A stretch of 64,000 nt of DNA from Ginglymostoma cirratum (lineage: Eukaryota). The notes beneath the pieces were generated by a model that saw only the letters and a program-made list of their open reading frames with translations, did not search any database and was not told the origin of the DNA. The position numbers were made by a program, and so were the translations under genes. Positions 63,550-64,000 of this stretch are shown piece after piece (the first letter of the stretch is position 1; the number at the start of each line of letters is the position of its first letter). The stretch covers positions 15,420,772-15,484,771 of the forward strand of contig JAHRHZ010000085.1 in assembly GCA_024137785.1 (NCBI GenBank), given 5' to 3'.

Positions 63550-64000
63550 GAGCCATAGAGTCCTACAGCACAGAGACAGGCCCTTCAGCCCAAACTGGTC
63601 CATGTCAACCAAAATTTCCATCCACACTAACCCCATTTCCCTGCACTTGGCCCATATCCTTCTAAACTTTTCCTATCCATGTATTCATCCAAATGCCTTT
63701 TAAATGTCATTAATATACCCACCTCAACCACTTCTGCTGGCAGCTCATTCCATATGCATACCACCCTCTGTGTAAAAAAGTTGCCCCTCAGGTTCCCATG
63801 TATTCTTTCCCCTCTTACCTTAAACTGATGTCCTGCAGTCCTTGATTCTCCAACCCTGGGAAAAAGACTGAGTGCATTCACCCTATCCATGCCTCTCATG
63901 ATCTGATACACTTCTGTAAGATCCTCCACTCAGTCTCCTACGTTCTAAAGAAAAATGTCCTAACTTGTCCAACCTCTTCCTATAACTCAGTCCTTTAAGT
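63550..64000 (-). mobile_element. CR1 LINE 3' fragment running off the window
   Basis: EDLTEVYQIMRGMDRV...FFTQRVVCIWNELP...FKRHLDEYM. Confidence 0.85.

Overview
Vertebrate genomic DNA, most likely a shark (inferred from HE1/V-SINE-like, DeuSINE-like, CR1 and Penelope-like repeats). Two genes lie tail-to-tail. On the + strand is the last coding exon and 3'UTR of an SNRK-like kinase gene (1..831, ending CCHVI). On the - strand is an apparently complete anoctamin-10 (TMEM16K)-family gene: 12 coding exons at 31805..61101, 2022 nt / 673 aa if my last-exon call is right, plus a likely 5'UTR exon ending at 62681. Both proteins are clearly diverged from canonical SNRK/ANO10, which suggests a paralogous copy of the SNRK-ANO10 block (ano10b-like). 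The rest is repeat-rich: SINEs, CR1/L2-type LINE fragments, a decayed PIF/Harbinger transposon, Gypsy remnants, Penelope-like pieces and a 400-N gap. The most notable non-genic signal is a dispersed family of short TSD-flanked elements, often with inverted 5' ends. They carry a minimal type I hammerhead-ribozyme motif (CUGANGA-N-stem II-GAAA-CG-UH). The copy at 7934..7973 has all stems intact, and the same architecture recurs in a palindromic Penelope GIY-YIG/pLTR fragment. All homology statements rest on recalled sequences, not database searches.
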